A DNA stretch of 64,000 nucleotides from Macrostomum lignano. Its lineage: Eukaryota. The DNA lies in NCBI GenBank assembly GCA_002269645.1, contig NIVC01000138.1, forward strand, positions 146,442 through 210,441, written 5' to 3'. A program made the position numbers and the translations under genes. The notes below the pieces were generated by a model. The model saw nothing but the letters and a program-made list of their open reading frames with translations, ran no database searches and was not told the DNA's origin. This document shows, piece after piece, positions 61,136 to 64,000 of the stretch. Positions within the stretch are counted from its first letter, which is position 1. Every line of letters starts with the position of its first letter.

Positions 61136-64000
61136 CAATTCTCTAATCCTTTAAAGTTATGACTGTAAGTTAAATAAACAAACACTAAAGCCTCCGATCC
61201 GATGATTAGTTAAAACTTATTAATATGCACAATTTAACAAACTGCGCCTCATCAAACTGGACCTGCATGGATTGCACCTGGCCCAGTAATCTACGCGGAC
61301 TGGCTATATGGACATTGCGCGCACACACACACACGGAGGCTACCCAGCCTCTTTGAGCTGAAACCCTAGCACACACCAATAGCCCAAGATCGAAGCCGGG
61401 ACAAGAGGAGAGGCGGGCTCAGGTTGACGAAGATTTCGGTAGAGATGAAGCAAATATGTTAGCGGACGGGAGAAGAACGCCAGGAGAGCAAAGTGGAGAA
61501 AAGCAGCTAAGCCTGAGAAGGGATGATGAAGGGGGTTTTCAAAACAAGAGGCAGCAGTAGAGACAGTCAGTGCTGCTCACTCAGCATCCTCCCCAAACCT
61601 CCATCATCTCTCTCTCTCGTTCTCCGTCAATCCTTTGTGAGCAAAGTCACTCAGCTCTATCCTGTAGCTATCTGAGTCCGCTGTGTGTGAGCAGCTGCTT
61701 TATGTAGATACATATTTATTTGTCTCCTTATTTATATCTACCCTTGTACAATATCTAGCTACTAATAGACTCTGATTTGGACTGTTTAATCCTTTAATCC
61801 GGAAGACTTAGGACTTTGCAGCTCTTTCGCACATGTGGACGAATAAAATGGGACACCACACAGCAGAAACTAAATGAGATAAAGCGCAACAAGAGACGCT
61901 GAGAAGCAACAAAGGAAACCATGGCTACTCTGCCTAAGGGATTAAATCCATCTAAATCGAATCCTTGTTCCACTTTTAACAGTATGAAAACGAAGAAATT
62001 GAATCGATAAAGAGATTGCGAGGCGGATGGAGCAGGATACTCAGGTAGGAGAGAGTGAAGCTTATCAGCCCCTCTGCCTGGAGGCACAAAACTGCAAATT
62101 TAATTAACTAAAATCTGGGTACTCATTTCTCAATATCGCTGACATTCTCGCCTCCTGTATTTCCTGTTTTGCTGTCCCATCGGGAGATAGATAAATGTCT
62201 TTCAGCTGACTCAGTTTGACTCACTATGGAATCATACCTAACAAAATATGCGATAATACCAGCGACGAATGACTCATAGGTCACAGGTCGACATTCACCT
62301 CCTACAAAAGGATTTTTCTTATTTGCCGCCAGCTTTGCCTTCGTTTGCGATTTACTAAAAGACGAAAATGGCATCGGCAGTGAAAAATGACGCTTTAGGA
62401 TCAAATCCGGCATTAACGGGAGCGGAGATTGGGATGTCATTTTTGGGGGGGGGGTTACATATTCGGCATTTTCAGGCAATATAGCTTCAAGTACCGAACT
62501 GTCGATAGCTGAGAAGCAGTTGAGTAGGTGACGTCAGTGTTTTAAGGAGTGAGTGAAGCCGGGCCAAGGAGGAGTGAAGTCAACCTCCCCTCCTCATCCC
62601 AGGGAAGGAGAGACGAAACCTAGCCCTCCCCCCAACCACAGTTTCTTTGAACTGCTGAATGAATTTATTTCGCTATCTCTCTGTCTGCCCCATCATGCAG
62701 CCCAAGCCAGCCTCCTCCCCCTACCCCAGTCCACAGTCCAGACCAGGCAGGCCAGCAGAGCAGGCTCAAAATCCAAGCCCCCCCCCAGTAGTGTGCTATG
62801 TTTATGCCGGCGCGAGATCGACGCCGCCGCCCAGAACTCTAGCAACAAATCTAATTGGGTTTACTAGCTGGGCCCCGCAATGCAATTATGCAGAGAGCGC
62901 GAGATGGCTGCTGGGGTGAGAAGGGGAGTCGGGATGGTAAGAGAGCTGGGAAAGAGGAAGAGACGGAGTGGAAAAACGAGTGTCAGTGTGGGCGAGTTTG
63001 TAGCGAGAAAAAAATGGGGGTAGGTTAGTCGATTTGAAACTGAGATATCGTTAAGGGAGCCCCGTTGGATCAAAACGCAGTCGGCCAATCTCTATCTGCA
63101 TCTCCTCTTAATATCCAGCGGCGCCCCCCCCTTGGGCGGCCTTTTTCGCAATTGAATTTGAACGCGACTCAGTTTTTTCCTGTGACAAACAAAGCTCGAG
63201 AGTTGAGGTTTGAGATAGGGCTTGAGTTGAGTTGGGATGGGGCAAACAGGAAAGCGAGATGATGCGCCAACTAATAAATAGCCGCCTTTTATCTCGGGAT
63301 GACTCGGATTCGGGATTGAGCAGGGAAATGGATGCTGCATCCAGCTTCCTGAGTTGAACACGGAAGTTAAACAGGATTAGTATAGTGTAGATTTTTACGA
63401 TGCAAAGCTGATATTTCATTTTTCGACAATCTATCTAAGCATACACAAGTTTATTTAGAGACAGGTTTAATAATTAGGAAATTGTGCCAAGCAGACAGAC
63501 AGAGAAGGCTAGTGTTTAAAACTGATTTTTAGACGAGAGTTTAATACGACTAATTTAATCAGTTTTTGAAGCTGTATGAACCTTCTCCGTACCGACCGTA
63601 CGTTAGAGAAAACCGATCTTACATGCCTTCCCAGGCCTAATTGTTGATCCGTTGGTTGATTTAAGCGCGTACACAATGTTATATCCATCTATACTCTATC
63701 AGTGATCAAGTTAAGACCAAGTCCCGCCAATACTACATGTACAAGTATTGGGGGTGTGGGGCCTGTGGGGCTCTGTCTGAGTTAGTAAAAATCCAGGGTA
63801 GGCTTGTAAAATTTTAGGCAAAGCGCCGTTTAGGAATACCAGCCTGAAAATAAGAAGCTTAACTAACACAGATAATGGTAAACTAAAGTGGTTGTTACTC
63901 GTGTATGGGCTACGGAGGGTTTTAAAAGCGAGCAATAAAAATCCAGCGCCCTCTTTTAACGATCGTGATAAGGAACGATTTTATTTGTAGTAAATGATAA

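Overview
Eukaryotic (metazoan, invertebrate-like) genomic DNA. GC-rich spliced exons are embedded in introns packed with minisatellites; about 29 tandem arrays cover roughly a quarter of the window by my hand tally. This style resembles the flatworm Macrostomum (inference, not proven). Four protein-coding loci can be built by hand from GT-AG junctions. (1) BBOF1/CCDC176, + strand, 8 exons, 5055-16187, about 553 aa. (2) A zf-3CxxC (RTP/ZAR1-type zinc domain) gene with a Gln/Pro-rich N-terminus, + strand, 3 exons, 18881-20571, about 357 aa. (3) A secreted, probably GPI-anchored alpha-carbonic anhydrase, + strand, 5 exons, 28315-31803, about 349 aa. (4) A muscleblind-like gene, - strand, with in-frame exons at 60862-60554, 49510-49088 and 42224-42056, for which I could not find the CCCH zinc-finger exons. 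The first 4 kb is a transposon cluster: a hAT transposase fossil, a full-length dead mariner with TIRs, and a hAT-type MITE with a TSD. Further MITEs and a possible tRNA-derived SINE lie elsewhere. Most long ORFs in the supplied track are translation artefacts of tandem repeats. I found no CRISPR array, rRNA gene or bona fide tRNA gene. The most interesting items are the apparently finger-less muscleblind model (RD|SRFAH junction), a minisatellite that multiplies a splice donor in a GT-GT-GC-GC pattern, a shared ancestral core among several intronic minisatellites, and higher-order structure inside several arrays.
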